From: Nemertoderma westbladi
Lineage: Eukaryota > Animalia > Xenacoelomorpha
Direction of reading: 5' to 3'
DNA length: 42,767 bases
NCBI GenBank assembly: GCA_032718475.1
Contig: JAUCBJ010006739.1
Coordinates: 1-42,767, forward strand
The first letter of the stretch is position 1, and each line of letters begins with the position of its first letter. A model generated the notes under the pieces. The model did not search any database, was not told the origin of the DNA, and saw nothing but the letters and a program-made list of their open reading frames with translations. Of the stretch, positions 11,580 to 26,500 are shown in pieces. Made by a program: the position numbers and the translations under genes.

Positions 11580-14500
11580 AGTCGCGGAAAAATGTACAAT
11601 GAAAACTAAAAGTAAGTGTGGGAAAATATACAAAGAAAATAAAAAGTAGGAAGGGAAAATATACAAGGAAAATAAAAAGTAGGTCGGGGAAAATATACAA
11701 GGAAAATAAAAAGTAGGTCGGGGAAAATATACAAGGAAAATAAGAAGTAGGTCGGGGAAAATATACAAGGAAAATAAAAAGTAGGTCGGGGAAAATATAC
11801 AAGGAAAATAAGAAGTAGGTCGGGGAAAATATACAAGGAAAATAAGAAGTAAGTGGTGGAAAATATAAAAGGAAAATAAAAAGTAAGTCGGGGAAAATAT
11901 ATATAAAAGGAAAATAAAAAGTTAGTCGAGGGAAATATAGAAAGAAAATAAAAAGTAGGAGGGGAAATATACAAGAAAAATAAAAATTAGGTCGGGGAAA
12001 TTATACAAGGAAAATAAAAAGTACGTCGGGGAAAATATAGAAATAAAATAAAAAGTAGGAAGGGGAAATATACAAGGAAAATAAAAATTAGGTCGGGGAA
12101 ATTATACAAGGAAAATAGAAAGTAGGTCGGGGAAAATATACAAGGAAAATAAAAAGTAAGTTGTGGAAAATATACAAGGAAAATAAAAAGTAGGTCTGGG
12201 AAAATATACAACGAAAATAAAAAGTAGGTCGGGGAAAATATACAAGGAAAATAAAAAGTTAGTCGGGGAAAATATAAAAGGAAAATAATAAGTAAGTCGG
12301 GGAAAATATACAAGGAAAATAAAAAGTAGGTCGGGGAAAATATACAAGAAAAATAAAAAGTAGGTTGTGGAAAATATACAAAGAAAATAAAAAGTAGGAA
12401 GGGGAAATATACAAGGAAAATAAAAAGTAGGTCGGGGAAAATATACAAGAAAAATAAAAAGTAAGTTGTGGAAAATATACAAGGAAAATAAAAAGTAGGT
12501 CTGGGAAAATATACAAGAAAAATAAAAAGTAGGTTGTGGAAAATATACAAAGAAAATAAAAAGTAGGAAGGGGAAATATACAAGGAAAATAAAAAGTAGG
12601 TCGGGGAAATTATACAAGGAAAATAGAAAGTAGGTCGGGGAAAATATACAAGGAAAATAAAAAGTAGGTCGGGGAAAATATACAAGGAAAATAAAAAGTA
12701 AGTTGTGGAAAATATACAACTAAAATAAAAAGTAGGTCGGGGAAAATATACAAGGAAAATAAAAAGTAGGTCGGGGAAAATATACAAGGAAAATAAAAAG
12801 TAGGTCGGGGAAAATATACAAGGAAAATAAAAAGTAAGTTGTGGAAAATATACAACGAAAATAAAAAGTAGGTCGGGGAAAATATACAAGGAAAATAAAA
12901 AGTAGGTCGGGGAAAATATACAAGAAAAATAAAAAGTAAGTCGGGGAAAATATAAAAGGAAAATAAGAAGTAGGTCGGGGAAAATATACAAGGAAAATAA
13001 AAAGTTAGTCGGGGAAAATATAAAAGGAAAATAATAAGTAAGTCGGGGAAAATATACAAGGAAAATAAAAAGTAAGTCGGGGAAAATATAAAAGGAAAAT
13101 AATAAGTAAGTTGTGGAAAATATACAAGGAAAATAAAAAGTAGGTCGGGGAAAATATACAAGGAAAATAAGAAGTAGGTCGGGGAAAATATACAAGGAAA
13201 ATAAGAAGTAGGTCGGGGAAAATATACAAGGAAAATAAAAAGTTAGTCGGGGAAAATATAAAAGGAAAATAATAAGTAAGTCGGGGAAAATATACAAGGA
13301 AAATAAAAAGTAAGTCGGGGAAAATATAAAAGGAAAATAATAAGTAAGTTGTGGAAAATATACAAGGAAAATAAAAAGTAGGTCGGGGAAAATATAAAAG
13401 GAAAATAAAAAGTAAGTCGGGGAAAATATACAAAGAAAATAAAAAGTAGGTCGGGGAAAATATACAAGGAAAATAAGAAGTAGGTCGGGGAAAATATATA
13501 TAAAAGGAAAATAAAAAGTTAGTCGAGGGAAATATAGAAAGAAAATAAAAAGTAGGAGGGGAAATATACAAGGAAAATAATAAGTAAGTCGGGGAAAATA
13601 TAAAAGGAAAATAATAAGTAAGTTGTGGAAAATATACAAGGAAAATAAAAAGTAGGTCGGGGAAAATATACAAGGAAAATAAGAAGTAGGTCGGGGAAAA
13701 TATACAAGGAAAATAAGAAGTAGGTCGGGGAAAATATACAAGGAAAATAAAAAGTAAGTTGTGGAAAATATACAAGGAAAATAATAAGTAAGTCGGGGAA
13801 AATATACAAGGAAAATAAAAAGTAAGTCGGGGAAAATATAAAAGGAAAATAATAAGTAAGTCGGGGAAAATATACAAGGAAAATAAAAAGTAAGTCGGGG
13901 AAAATATAAAAGGAAAATAATAAGTAAGTTGTGGAAAATATACAAGGAAAATAAAAAGTAGGTCGGGGAAAATATACAAGGAAAATAAAAAGTAAGTTGT
14001 GGAAAATATACAACTAAAATAAAAAGTAGGTCGGGGAAAATATACAAGGAAAATAAAAAGTAGGTCGGGGAAAATATACAAGGAAAATAAAAAGTAGGTC
14101 GGGGAAAATATACAAGGAAAATAAAAAGTAAGGTGTGGAAAATATACAACGAAAATAAAAAGTAGGTCGGGGAAAATATACAAGGAAAATAAAAAGTAGG
14201 TCGGGGAAAATATACAAGAAAAATAAAAAGTAAGTCGGGGAAAATATAAAAGGAAAATAAGAAGTAGGTCGGGGAAAATATACAAGGAAAATAAAAAGTT
14301 AGTCGGGGAAAATATAAAAGGAAAATAATAAGTAAGTCGGGGAAAATATACAAGGAAAATAAAAAGTAAGTCGGGGAAAATATAAAAGGAAAATAATAAG
14401 TAAGTTGTGGAAAATATACAAGGAAAATAAAAAGTAGGTCGGGGAAAATATACAAGGAAAATAAGAAGTAGGTCGGTGAAAATATACAAGGAAAATAAAA

Positions 14501-17500
14501 AGTAGGTCGGGGAAAATATACAAGGAAAACAAGAAGTAGGTCGGTGAAAATATACAAGGAAAATAAAAAGTAAATCGAGGGAAATATACAAGGAAAATAA
14601 AAAGTAAGTCGGGGAAAATATACAAGGAAAATAAAAAGTAAGTCGGGGAAAATATAAAAGGAAAATAATAAGTAAGTTGTGGAAAATATACAAGGAAAAT
14701 AAAAAGTAGGTCGGGGAAAATATAAAAGGAAAATAAAAAGTAAGTCGGGGAAAATATACAAAGAAAATAAAAAGTAGGTCGGGGAAAATATACAAGGAAA
14801 ATAAGAAGTAGGTCGGGGAAAATATATATAAAAGGAAAATAAAAAGTTAGTCGAGGGAAATATAGAAAGAAAATAAAAAGTAGGAGGGGAAATATACAAG
14901 AAAAATAAAAATTAGGTCGGGGAAATTATACAAGGAAAATAAAAAGTAAGTCGGGGAAAATATAGAAATAAAATAAAAAGTAGGAAGGGGAAATATACAA
15001 GGAAAATAAAAATTAGGTCGGGGAAATTATACAAGGGAAATAGAAAGTAGGTCGGGGAAAATATACAAGGAAAATAAGAAGTAGGTCGGTGAAAATATAC
15101 AAGGAAAATAAAAAGTAGGTCGGGGAAAATATAAAAGGAAGATAAAAAGTAAGTCGGGGAAAATATACAAGGAAAATAATAAGTAAGTCGGGGAAAATAT
15201 ACAAGGAAAATAAAAAGTTAGTCGGGGAAAATATAAAAGGAAAATAATAAGTAAGTCGGGGAAAATATACAAGGAAAATAAAAAGTTAGTCGGGGAAAAT
15301 ATAAAAGGAAAATAATAAGTAAGTCGGGGAAAATATACAAGGAAAATAAAAAGTAAGTCGGGGAAAATATAAAAGGAAAATAATAAGTAAGTTGTGGAAA
15401 ATATACAAGGAAAATAAAAAGTAGGTCGGGGAAAATATAAAAGGAAAATAAAAAGTAAGTCGGGGAAAATATACAAAGAAAATAAAAAGTAGGTCGGGGA
15501 AAATATACAAGGAAAATAAGAAGTAGGTCGGGGAAAATATATATAAAAGGAAAATAAAAAGTTAGTCGAGGGAAATATAGAAAGAAAATAAAAAGTAGGA
15601 GGGGAAATATACAAGAAAAATAAAAATTAGGTCGGGGAAATTATACAAGGAAAATAAAAAGTAAGTCGGGGAAAATATAGAAATAAAATAAAAAGTAGGA
15701 AGGGGAAATATACAAGGAAAATAAAAATTAGGTCGGGGAAATTATACAAGGAAAATAGAAAGTAGGTCGGGGAAAATATACAAGGAAAATAAAAAGTAAG
15801 TTGTGGAAAATATACAAGGAAAATAAAAAGTAGGTCTGGGAAAATATACAACGAAAATAAAAAGTAGGTCGGGGAAAATATACAAGGAAAATAAAAAGTT
15901 AGTCGGGGAAAATATAAAAGGAAAATAATAAGTAAGTCGGGGAAAATATACAAGGAAAATAAAAAGTAAGTCGGGGATAATATAAAAGGAAAATAATAAG
16001 TAAGTTGTGGAAAATATACAAGGAAAATAAAAAGTAGGTCGGGGAAAATAAACAAGGAAAATAAGAAGTAGGTCGGGGAAAATATACAAGGAAAATAAAA
16101 AGTAAGTCGGGGAAAATATAAAAGGAAAATAATAAGTAAGTTGTGGAAAATATACAAGGAAAATAAAAAGTAGGTCGGGGAAAATATACAAGGAAAATAA
16201 GAAGTAGGTCGGGGAAAATATACAAAGAAAATAAGAAGTAGGTCGGGGAAAATATACAAGGAAAATAAAAAGTAAGTCGAGGGAAATATAGAAAGAAAAT
16301 AAAAAGTAGGAGGGGAAATATACAAGAAAAATAAAAATTAGGTCGGGGAAATTATACAAGGAAAATAAAAAGTAAGTCGGGGAAAATATAGAAATAAAAT
16401 AAAAAGTAGGAAGGGGAAATATACAAGGAAAATAAAAATTAGGTCGGGGAAATTATACAAGGAAAATAGAAAGTAGGTCGGGGAAAATATACAAGGAAAA
16501 TAAAAAGTAAGTTGTGGAAAATATACAAGGAAAATAAAAAGTAGGTCTGGGAAAATATACAACGAAAATAAAAAGTAGGTCGGGGAAAATATACAAGGAA
16601 AATAAAAAATTGGTCGGGGAAAATATACAAGGAAAATAAAAAATTGGTCGGGGAAAATATAAAAGGAAAATAAGAAGTAGGTCGAGGAAAATATACAAAG
16701 AAAATAAAAAGTAAGTGGTGGAAAATATACAAGGAAAATAAAAAGTAGGTCGGGGAAAATATACAACGAAAATAAAAAGTAGGTCGGGGAAAATATACAA
16801 GGAAAATAAAAAGTAAGTCGAGGGAAATATCCAAGGAAAATAAAAAGTAGGTCGGGGAAAATATACAAGGAAAATAAAAAATTGGTCGGGGAAAATATAA
16901 AAGGAAACTAAGAAGTAGGTCGGGGAAAATATACAAGGAAAATAAAAAGTAAGTTGTGGAAAATATACAACGAAAATAAAAAGTAGGTCGGGGAAAATAT
17001 AGAAGGAAAATAGAAAGTAAGTTGTGGAAAATATACAACGAAAATAAAAAGTAGGTCGGGGAAAATATACAAGGAAAATAAAAAGTAAGTGGTGGAAAAT
17101 ATACAAGGAAAATAAAAAGTAAGTCGGTGAAAATATCCAAGGAAAATAAGAAGTAGGTCGGGGAAAATATACAAGGAAAATAAGAAGTAGGTCGGGGAAA
17201 ATATAAAAGGAAAATAAAAAGTAAGTCGGGGAAAATATACAAGGAAAATAAAAAGTAAGTCGGGGAAAATATACAAGAAAAATAAAAAGTAAGTTGTGGA
17301 AAATATACAACGAAAATAAAAAGTAGGTCGGGGAAAATATAAAAGGAAAATAAAAAGTAAGTCGGGGAAAATATACAAAGAAAATAAAAAGTAGGAAGGG
17401 GAAAATATACAAGAAAAATAAAAAGTAGGTCGGGGAAAATATACAAGGAAAATAAAAAGTAGGAAGGGGAAAATATACAAGAAAATAAACAGTAGGTCGG

Positions 17501-20500
17501 GGAAAATATTCAAGGAAAATAAAAAGTTAGTCGAGGGAAATATACAAGGAAAATAAAAAGTAGGTCGCGGAAAATATACAAGGAAAATAAGAAGTAGGTC
17601 GGGGAAAATATACAAGAAAAATAAAAAGTAAGTCGGGGAAAATATACAAGGAAAATAAGAAGTAGGTCGGGGAAAATATCCAAGGAAAATAAAAAGTAAG
17701 TCGGGGAAAATATACAAGGAAAATAAAAAGTAAGTCGGGGAAAATATACAAGGAAAATAATAAGTAAGTTGTGGAAAATATACAAGGAAAATAAAAAGTA
17801 AGTTGTGGAAAATATACAACGAAAATAAATAGTAGGTCGGGGAAAATATACAAGGAAAATAAATAGTAGGTCGGGGAAAATATACAAGAAAAATAAAAAG
17901 TAAGTTGTGGAAAATATACAACGAAAATAAAAAGTAAGTTGTGGAAAATATACAAGGAAAATAATAAGTAAGTCGGGGAAAATATACAAGGAAAATAAAA
18001 AGTTAGTCGGGGAAAATATCCAAGGAAAATAAAAAGTAAGTCGGGGAAAATATACAAGGAAAATAAAAAGTAGGTCGGGGAAAATATAAAAGGAAAATAA
18101 AAAGTAAGACGGGGAAAATATACAAGGAAAATAAAAACTTAGTCGGAGAAAATATACAAGGAAAATAAGAAGTAGGTCGGGGAAAATATCCAAGGAAAAT
18201 AAAAAGTAAATCGAGGGAAATATCCAAGGAAAATAAAAAGTAGGTCGGGGAAAATATAAAAGGAAAATAAAAAGTAAGTCGGGGAAAATATAAAAGGAAA
18301 ATAAAAAGTAAGTCGGGGAAAATATACAAGGAAAATAAAAAGTAGGTCGGGGAAAATATACAAGGAAAATAAAAAGTTAGTTGTGGAAAATATACAACGA
18401 AAATAAAAAGTAGGTCGGGGAAAATATACAAGGAAATTAAAAAGTAGGTCGGGGAAAATATACAAGAAAAATAAAAAGTAAGTCGGGGAAAATATACAAA
18501 GAAAATAAAAAGTAGGTTGTGGAAAATATACAAGGAAAATAAAAAGTAAATCGAGGGAAATATCCAAGGAAAATAAAAAGTAAGTTGTGGAAAATATACA
18601 ACGAAAATAAAAAGTAGGTCGGGGAAAATATACAAGGAAAATAAAAAGTAAGTGGTGGAAAATATACAAGGAAAATAAAAAGTAAGTCGGTGAAAATATC
18701 CAAGGAAAATAAAAAGTAAATCGAGGGAAATATCCAAGGAAAATAAAAAGTAGGTCGGGGAAAATATAAAAGGAAAATAAAAAGTAAGTCGGGGAAAATA
18801 TACAAGGAAAATAAAAAGTAAGTCGGGGAAAATATACAAGAAAAATAAAAAGTAAGTTGTGGAAAATATACAAGGAAGATAAAAAGTAGGTCGGGGAAAA
18901 TATAAAAGGAAAATAAAAAGTAAGTCGGGTAAAATATACAAAGAAAATAAAAAGTAGGAAGGGGAAAATATACAAGGAAAATAAAAAGTAAGTCGGGGAA
19001 AATATACAAGGAAAATAAAAAGTAAGTCGGGGAAAATATACAAGGAAAATAATAAGTAAGTTGTGGAAAATATACAACGAAAATAAAAAGTAGGTCGGGG
19101 AAAATATCCAAGGAAAATAAAAAGTAAGTCGGGGAAAATATACAAGGAAAATAAAAAGTAAGTCGGGGAAAATATACAAGGAAAATAATAAGTAAGTTGT
19201 GGAAAATATACAACGAAAATAAAAAGTAGGTCGGGGAAAATATCCAAGGAAAATAAAAAGTAAGTCGGGGAAAATATACAAGGAAAATAAAAAGTAAGTC
19301 GGGGAAAATATACAAGGAAAATAATAAGTAAGTTGTGGAAAATATACAACGAAAATAAAAAGTAGGTCGGGGAAAATATCCAAGGAAAATAAAAAGTAAA
19401 TCGAGGGAAATATCCAAGGAAAATAAAAAGTAGGTCGGGGAAAATATAAAAGGAAAATAAAAAGTAAGTCGGGGAAAATATACAAGGAAAATAAGAAGTA
19501 GGTCGGGGAAAATATAAAAGGAAAATAAAAAGTAAGTCGGGGAAAATATACAAGGAAAATAAAAAGTAAGTCGGGGAAAATATACAAGGAAAATAAAAAG
19601 TAAGTTGTGGAAAATATACAACGAAAATGAAAAGTAGGTCGGGGAAAATATACAAGGAAAATAAAAAGTTAGTTGTGGAAAATATACAACGAAAATAAAA
19701 AGTAGGTCGGGGAAAATATAAAAGGAAAATAAAAAGTAAGTCGGGGAAAATATACAAGAAAAATAAAAAGTAAGTCGGGGAAAATATACAAAGAAAATAA
19801 AAAGTAGGTTGTGGAAAATATACAAGGAAAATAAAAAGTAAATCGAGGGAAATATCCAAGGAAAATAAAAAGTAAGTCGGGGAAAATATACAAGGAAAAT
19901 AAAAAGTAAGTCGGGGAAAATATACAAGGAAAATAATAAGTAAGTTGTGGAAAATATACAAGGAAAATAAAAAGTAAGTTGTGGAAAATATACAACGAAA
20001 ATAAATAGTAGGTCGGGGAAAATATACAAGGAAAATAAATAGTAGGTCGGGGAAAATATACAAGAAAAATAAAAAGTAAGTTGTGGAAAATATACAACGA
20101 AAATAAAAAGTAAGTTGTGGAAAATATACAAGGAAAATAATAAGTAAGTCGGGGAAAATATACAAGGAAAATAAAAAGTTAGTCGGGGAAAATATCCAAG
20201 GAAAATAAAAAGTAGGTCGGGGAAAATATACAAGGAAAATAAGAAGTAGGTCGGGGAAAATATCCAAGGAAAATAAAAAGTAAATCGAGGGAAATATCCA
20301 AGGAAAATAAAAAGTAGGTCGGGGAAAATATAAAAGGAAAATAAAAAGTAAGTCGGGGAAAATATAAAAGGAAAATAAAAAGTAAGTCGGGGAAAATATA
20401 CAAGGAAAATAAAAAGTAGGTCGGGGAAAATATACAAGGAAAATAAAAAGTTAGTTGTGGAAAATATACAACGAAAATAAAAAGTAGGTCGGGGAAAATA

Positions 20501-23500
20501 TACAAGGAAATTAAAAAGTAGGTCGGGGAAAATATACAAGAAAAATAAAAAGTAAGTCGGGGAAAATATACAAAGAAAATAAAAAGTAGGTTGTGGAAAA
20601 TATACAAGGAAAATAAAAAGTAAATCGAGGGAAATATCCAAGGAAAATAAAAAGTAAGTCGGGGAAAATATACAACGAAAATAAAAAGTAGGTCGGGGAA
20701 AATATAGAAGGAAAATAAAAAGTAAGTTGTGGAAAATATACAACGAAAATAAAAAGTAGGTCGGGGAAAATATACAAGGAAAATAAAAAGTAAGTCGGGG
20801 AAAATATACAAGGAAAATAAAAAGTAGGTCGGGGAAAATATACAAGGAAAATAAAAAGTAAGTGGTGGAAAATATACAAGGAAAATAAAAAGTAGGTCGG
20901 GGAAAATATACAAGGAAAATAAAAACTTAGTCGGAGAAAATATACAAGGAAAATAAAAAGTAAGTCGGGGAAAATATACAAGAAAAATAAAAAGTAAGTT
21001 GTGGAAAATATACAACGAAAATAAAAAGTAGGTCGGGGAAAATATAAAAGGAAAATAAAAAGTAAGTCGGGGAAAATATACAAAGAAAATAAAAAGTAGG
21101 AAGGGGAAAATATACAAGAAAATAAAAAGTAGGTCGGGGAAAATATACAAGGAAAATAAAAAGTTAGTCGAGGGAAAATATACAAGGAAAATAAAAAGTA
21201 GGTCGCGGAAAATATACAAGGAAAATAAGAAGTAGGTCGGGGAAAATATACAAGAAAAATAAAAAGTAAGTCGGGGAAAATATACAAGGAAAATAAAAAG
21301 TAAGTCGGGGAAAATATACAAGAAAAATAAAAAGTAAGTTGTGGAAAATATACAACGAAAATAAAAAGTAGGTCGGGGAAAATATAAAAGGAAAATAAAA
21401 AGTAAGTCGGGGAAAATATACAAAGAAAATAAAAAGTAGGAAGGGGAAAATATACAAGAAAATAAAAAGTAGGTCGGGGAAAATATACAAGGAAAATAAA
21501 AAGTTAGTCGAGGGAAAATATACAAGGAAAATAAAAAGTAGGTCGCGGAAAATATCCAAGGAAAATAAAAAGTAAATCGAGGGAAATATCCAAGGAAAAT
21601 AAAAAGTAGGTCGGGGAAAATATAAAAGGAAAATAAAAAGTAAGTCGGGGAAAATATACAAGGAAAATAAAAAGTAAGTCGGGGAAAATATACAAGAAAA
21701 ATAAAAAGTAAGTTGTGGAAAATATACAACGAAAATAAAAAGTAGGTCGGGGAAAATATAAAAGGAAAATAAAAAGTAAGTCGGGGAAAATATACAAAGA
21801 AAATAAAAAGTAGGAAGGGGAAAATATACAAGAAAATAAAAAGTAGGTCGGGGAAAATATACAAGGAAAATAAAAAGTTAGTCGAGGGAAAATATACAAG
21901 GAAAATAAAAAGTAGGTCGCGGAAAATATACAAGGAAAATAAGAAGTAGGTCGGGGAAAATATACAAGAAAAATAAAAAGTAAGTCGGGGAAAATATACA
22001 AGGAAAATAAAAAGTAAGTCGGGGAAAATATACAAGGAAAATAATAAGTAAGTTGTGGAAAATATACAACGAAAATAAAAAGTAGGTCGGGGAAAATATC
22101 CAAGGAAAATAAAAATTAAGTCGGGGAAAATATACAAGGAAAATAAAAAGTAAGTCGGGGAAAATATACAAGGAAAATAAAAAGTAGGAAGGGGAAAATA
22201 TACAAGAAAATAAAAAGTAGGTCGGGGAAAATATACAAGGAAAATAAAAAGTTAGTCGAGGGAAAATATACAAGGAAAATAAAAAGTAGGTCGCGGAAAA
22301 TATACAAGGAAAATAAGAAGTAGGTCGGGGAAAATATACAAGAAAAATTAAAAGTAAGTCGGGGAAAATATACAAGGAAAATAAAAAGTAAGTCGGGGAA
22401 AATATACAAGAAAAATAAAAAGTAAGTTGTGGAAAATATACAACGAAAATAAAAAGTAGGTCGGGGAAAATATAAAAGGAAAATAAAAAGTAAGTCGGGG
22501 AAAATATACAAAGAAAATAAAAAGTAGGAAGGGGAAAATATACAAGAAAATAAAAAGTAGGTCGGGGAAAATATACAAGGAAAATAAAAAGTTAGTCGAG
22601 GGAAAATATACAAGGAAAATAAAAAGTAGGTCGCGGAAAATATCCAAGGAAAATAAAAAGTAAATCGAGGGAAATATCCAAGGAAAATAAAAAGTAGGTC
22701 GGGGAAAATATAAAAGGAAAATAAAAAGTAAGTCGGGGAAAATATACAAGGAAAATAAAAAGTAAGTCGGGGAAAATATACAAGAAAAATAAAAAGTAAG
22801 TTGTGGAAAATATACAACGAAAATAAAAAGTAGGTCGGGGAAAATATAAAAGGAAAATAAAAAGTAAGTCGGGGAAAATATACAAAGAAAATAAAAAGTA
22901 GGAAGGGGAAAATATACAAGAAAATAAAAAGTAGGTCGGGGAAAATATACAAGGAAAATAAAAAGTTAGTCGAGGGAAAATATACAAGGAAAATAAAAAG
23001 TAGGTCGCGGAAAATATACAAGGAAAATAAGAAGTAGGTCGGGGAAAATATACAAGAAAAATAAAAAGTAAGTCGGGGAAAATATACAAGGAAAATAAAA
23101 AGTAAGTCGGGGAAAATATACAAGGAAAATAATAAGTAAGTTGTGGAAAATATACAACGAAAATAAAAAGTAGGTCGGGGAAAATATCCAAGGAAAATAA
23201 AAAGTAAGTCGGGGAAAATATACAAGGAAAATAAAAAGTAAGTCGGGGAAAATATACAAGGAAAATAATAAGTAAGTTGTGGAAAATATACAACGAAAAT
23301 AAAAAGTAGGTCGGGGAAAATATCCAAGGAAAATAAAAAGTAAGTCGGGGAAAATATACAAGGAAAATAAAAAGTAAGTCGGGGAAAATATACAAGGAAA
23401 ATAATAAGTAAGTTGTGGAAAATATACAACGAAAATAAAAAGTAGGTCGGGGAAAATATACAAGGAAAATAAAAAGTTAGTTGTGGAAAATATACAAGGA

Positions 23501-26500
23501 AAATAAAAAGTAGGAAGGGGAAAATATACAAGAAAATAAAAAGTAGGTCGGGGAAAATATACAAGGAAAATAAAAAGTTAGTCGAGGGAAAATATACAAG
23601 GAAAATAAAAAGTAGGTCGCGGAAAATATACAAGGAAAATAAGAAGTAGGTCGGGGAAAATATCCAAGGAAAATAAAAAGTAAGTCGGGGAAAATATACA
23701 AGGAAAATAAAAAGTAAGTCGGGGAAAATATACAAGGAAAATAAAAAGTAGGAAGGGGAAAATATACAAGAAAATAAAAAGTAGGTCGGGGAAAATATAC
23801 AAGGAAAATAAAAAGTTAGTCGAGGGAAAATATACAAGGAAAATAAAAAGTAGGTCGCGGAAAATATACAAGGAAAATAAGAAGTAGGTCGGGGAAAATA
23901 TACAAGAAAAATAAAAAGTAAGTCGGGGAAAATATACAAGGAAAATAAAAAGTAAGTCGGGGAAAATATACAAGAAAAATAAAAAGTAAGTTGTGGAAAA
24001 TATACAACGAAAATAAAAAGTAGGTCGGGGAAAATATAAAAGGAAAATAAAAAGTAAGTCGGGGAAAATATACAAAGAAAATAAAAAGTAGGAAGGGGAA
24101 AATATACAAGAAAATAAAAAGTAGGTCGGGGAAAATATACAAGGAAAATAAAAAGTTAGTCGAGGGAAAATATACAAGGAAAATAAAAAGTAGGTCGCGG
24201 AAAATATCCAAGGAAAATAAAAAGTAAATCGAGGGAAATATCCAAGGAAAATAAAAAGTAGGTCGGGGAAAATATAAAAGGAAAATAAAAAGTAAGTCGG
24301 GGAAAATATACAAGGAAAATAAAAAGTAAGTCGGGGAAAATATACAAGAAAAATAAAAAGTAAGTTGTGGAAAATATACAACGAAAATAAAAAGTAGGTC
24401 GGGGAAAATATAAAAGGAAAATAAAAAGTAAGTCGGGGAAAATATACAAAGAAAATAAAAAGTAGGAAGGGGAAAATATACAAGAAAATAAAAAGTAGGT
24501 CGGGGAAAATATACAAGGAAAATAAAAAGTTAGTCGAGGGAAAATATACAAGGAAAATAAAAAGTAGGTCGCGGAAAATATACAAGGAAAATAAGAAGTA
24601 GGTCGGGGAAAATATACAAGAAAAATAAAAAGTAAGTCGGGGAAAATATACAAGGAAAATAAAAAGTAAGTCGGGGAAAATATACAAGGAAAATAATAAG
24701 TAAGTTGTGGAAAATATACAACGAAAATAAAAAGTAGGTCGGGGAAAATATCCAAGGAAAATAAAAAGTAAGTCGGGGAAAATATACAAGGAAAATAAAA
24801 AGTAAGTCGGGGAAAATATACAAGGAAAATAATAAGTAAGTTGTGGAAAATATACAACGAAAATAAAAAGTAGGTCGGGGAAAATATCCAAGGAAAATAA
24901 AAAGTAAGTCGGGGAAAATATACAAGGAAAATAAAAAGTAAGTCGGGGAAAATATACAAGGAAAATAATAAGTAAGTTGTGGAAAATATACAACGAAAAT
25001 AAAAAGTAGGTCGGGGAAAATATACAAGGAAAATAAAAAGTTAGTTGTGGAAAATATACAACGAAAATAAAAAGTAGGTCGGGGAAAATATACAAGGAAA
25101 TTAAAAAGTAGGTCGGGGAAAATATACAAGAAAAATAAAAAGTAAGTCGGGGAAAATATACAAAGAAAATAAAAAGTAGGTTGTGGAAAATATACAAGGA
25201 AAATAAAAAGTAAATCGAGGGAAATATCCAAGGAAAATAAAAAGTAAGTCGGGGAAAATATACAAGGAAAATAAAAAGTAAGTCGGGGAAAATATACAAA
25301 GAAAATAAAAAGTAGGTTGTGGAAAATATACAAGGAAAATAAAAAGTAGGTCGGGGAAAATATACAAGGAAAATAAAAAGTAGGTCGGGGAAAATATACA
25401 AGAAAATAAAAAGTAGGTCGGGGAAAATATAGAAGGAAAATAGAAAGTAGGTCGCGGAAAATATACAAGGAAAATAAAAAGTAGGAAGGGGAAAATATAC
25501 AAGGAAAATAAAAAGTAGGTCGGGGAAAATATACAAGGAAAATAAAAAGTAGGTCGGGGAAAATATAGAAGGAAAATAGAAAGTAGGTCGCGGAAAATAT
25601 ACAAGGAAAATAAAAAGTAAGTGGTGGAAAATATACAAGGAAAATAAAAAGTAAGTTGTGGAAAATATACAAGGAAAATAAAAAGTAGGTCGGGGAAAAT
25701 ATCCAAGGAAAATAAAAAGTAAGTTGTGGAAAATATACAACGAAAATAAAAAGTAGGTCTGGGAAAATATACAACGAAAATAAAAAGTAAGTCGGGGAAA
25801 ATATACAAGAAAAATAAAAAGTAAATCGAGGGAAATATCCAAGGAAAATAAAAAGTAAGTCGGGGAAAATATACAAGGAAAATAAAAAGTAAATCGAGGG
25901 AAATATCCAAGGAAAATAAAAAGTAAGTCGGGGAAAATATACAAGGAAAATAAAAAGTAAATCGAGGGAAATATCCAAGGAAAATAAAAAGTAGGTCGGG
26001 GAAAATATACAAGAAAATAAAAAGTAGGTCGGGGAAAATATAGAAGGAAAATAGAAAGTAGGTCGCGGAAAATATACAAGGAAAATAAAAAGTAAGTGGT
26101 GGAAAATATACAAGGAAAATAAAAAGTAAGTTGTGGAAAATATACAAGGAAAATAAAAAGTAAATCGAGGGAAATATCCAAGGAAAATAAAAAGTAAGTC
26201 GGGGAAAATATACAAGGAAAATAAAAAGTAAATCGAGGGAAATATCCAAGGAAAATAAAAAGTAGGTCGGGGAAAATATACAAGAAAATAAAAAGTAGGT
26301 CGGGGAAAATATAGAAGGAAAATAGAAAGTAGGTCGCGGAAAATATACAAGGAAAATAGAAAGTAAGTGGTGGAAAATATACAAGGAAAATAAAAAGTAA
26401 GTTGTGGAAAATATACAAGGAAAATAAAAAGTAAATCAAGGGAAATATCCAAGGAAAATAAAAAGTAAGTCGGGGAAAATATACAAGGAAAATAAAAAGT

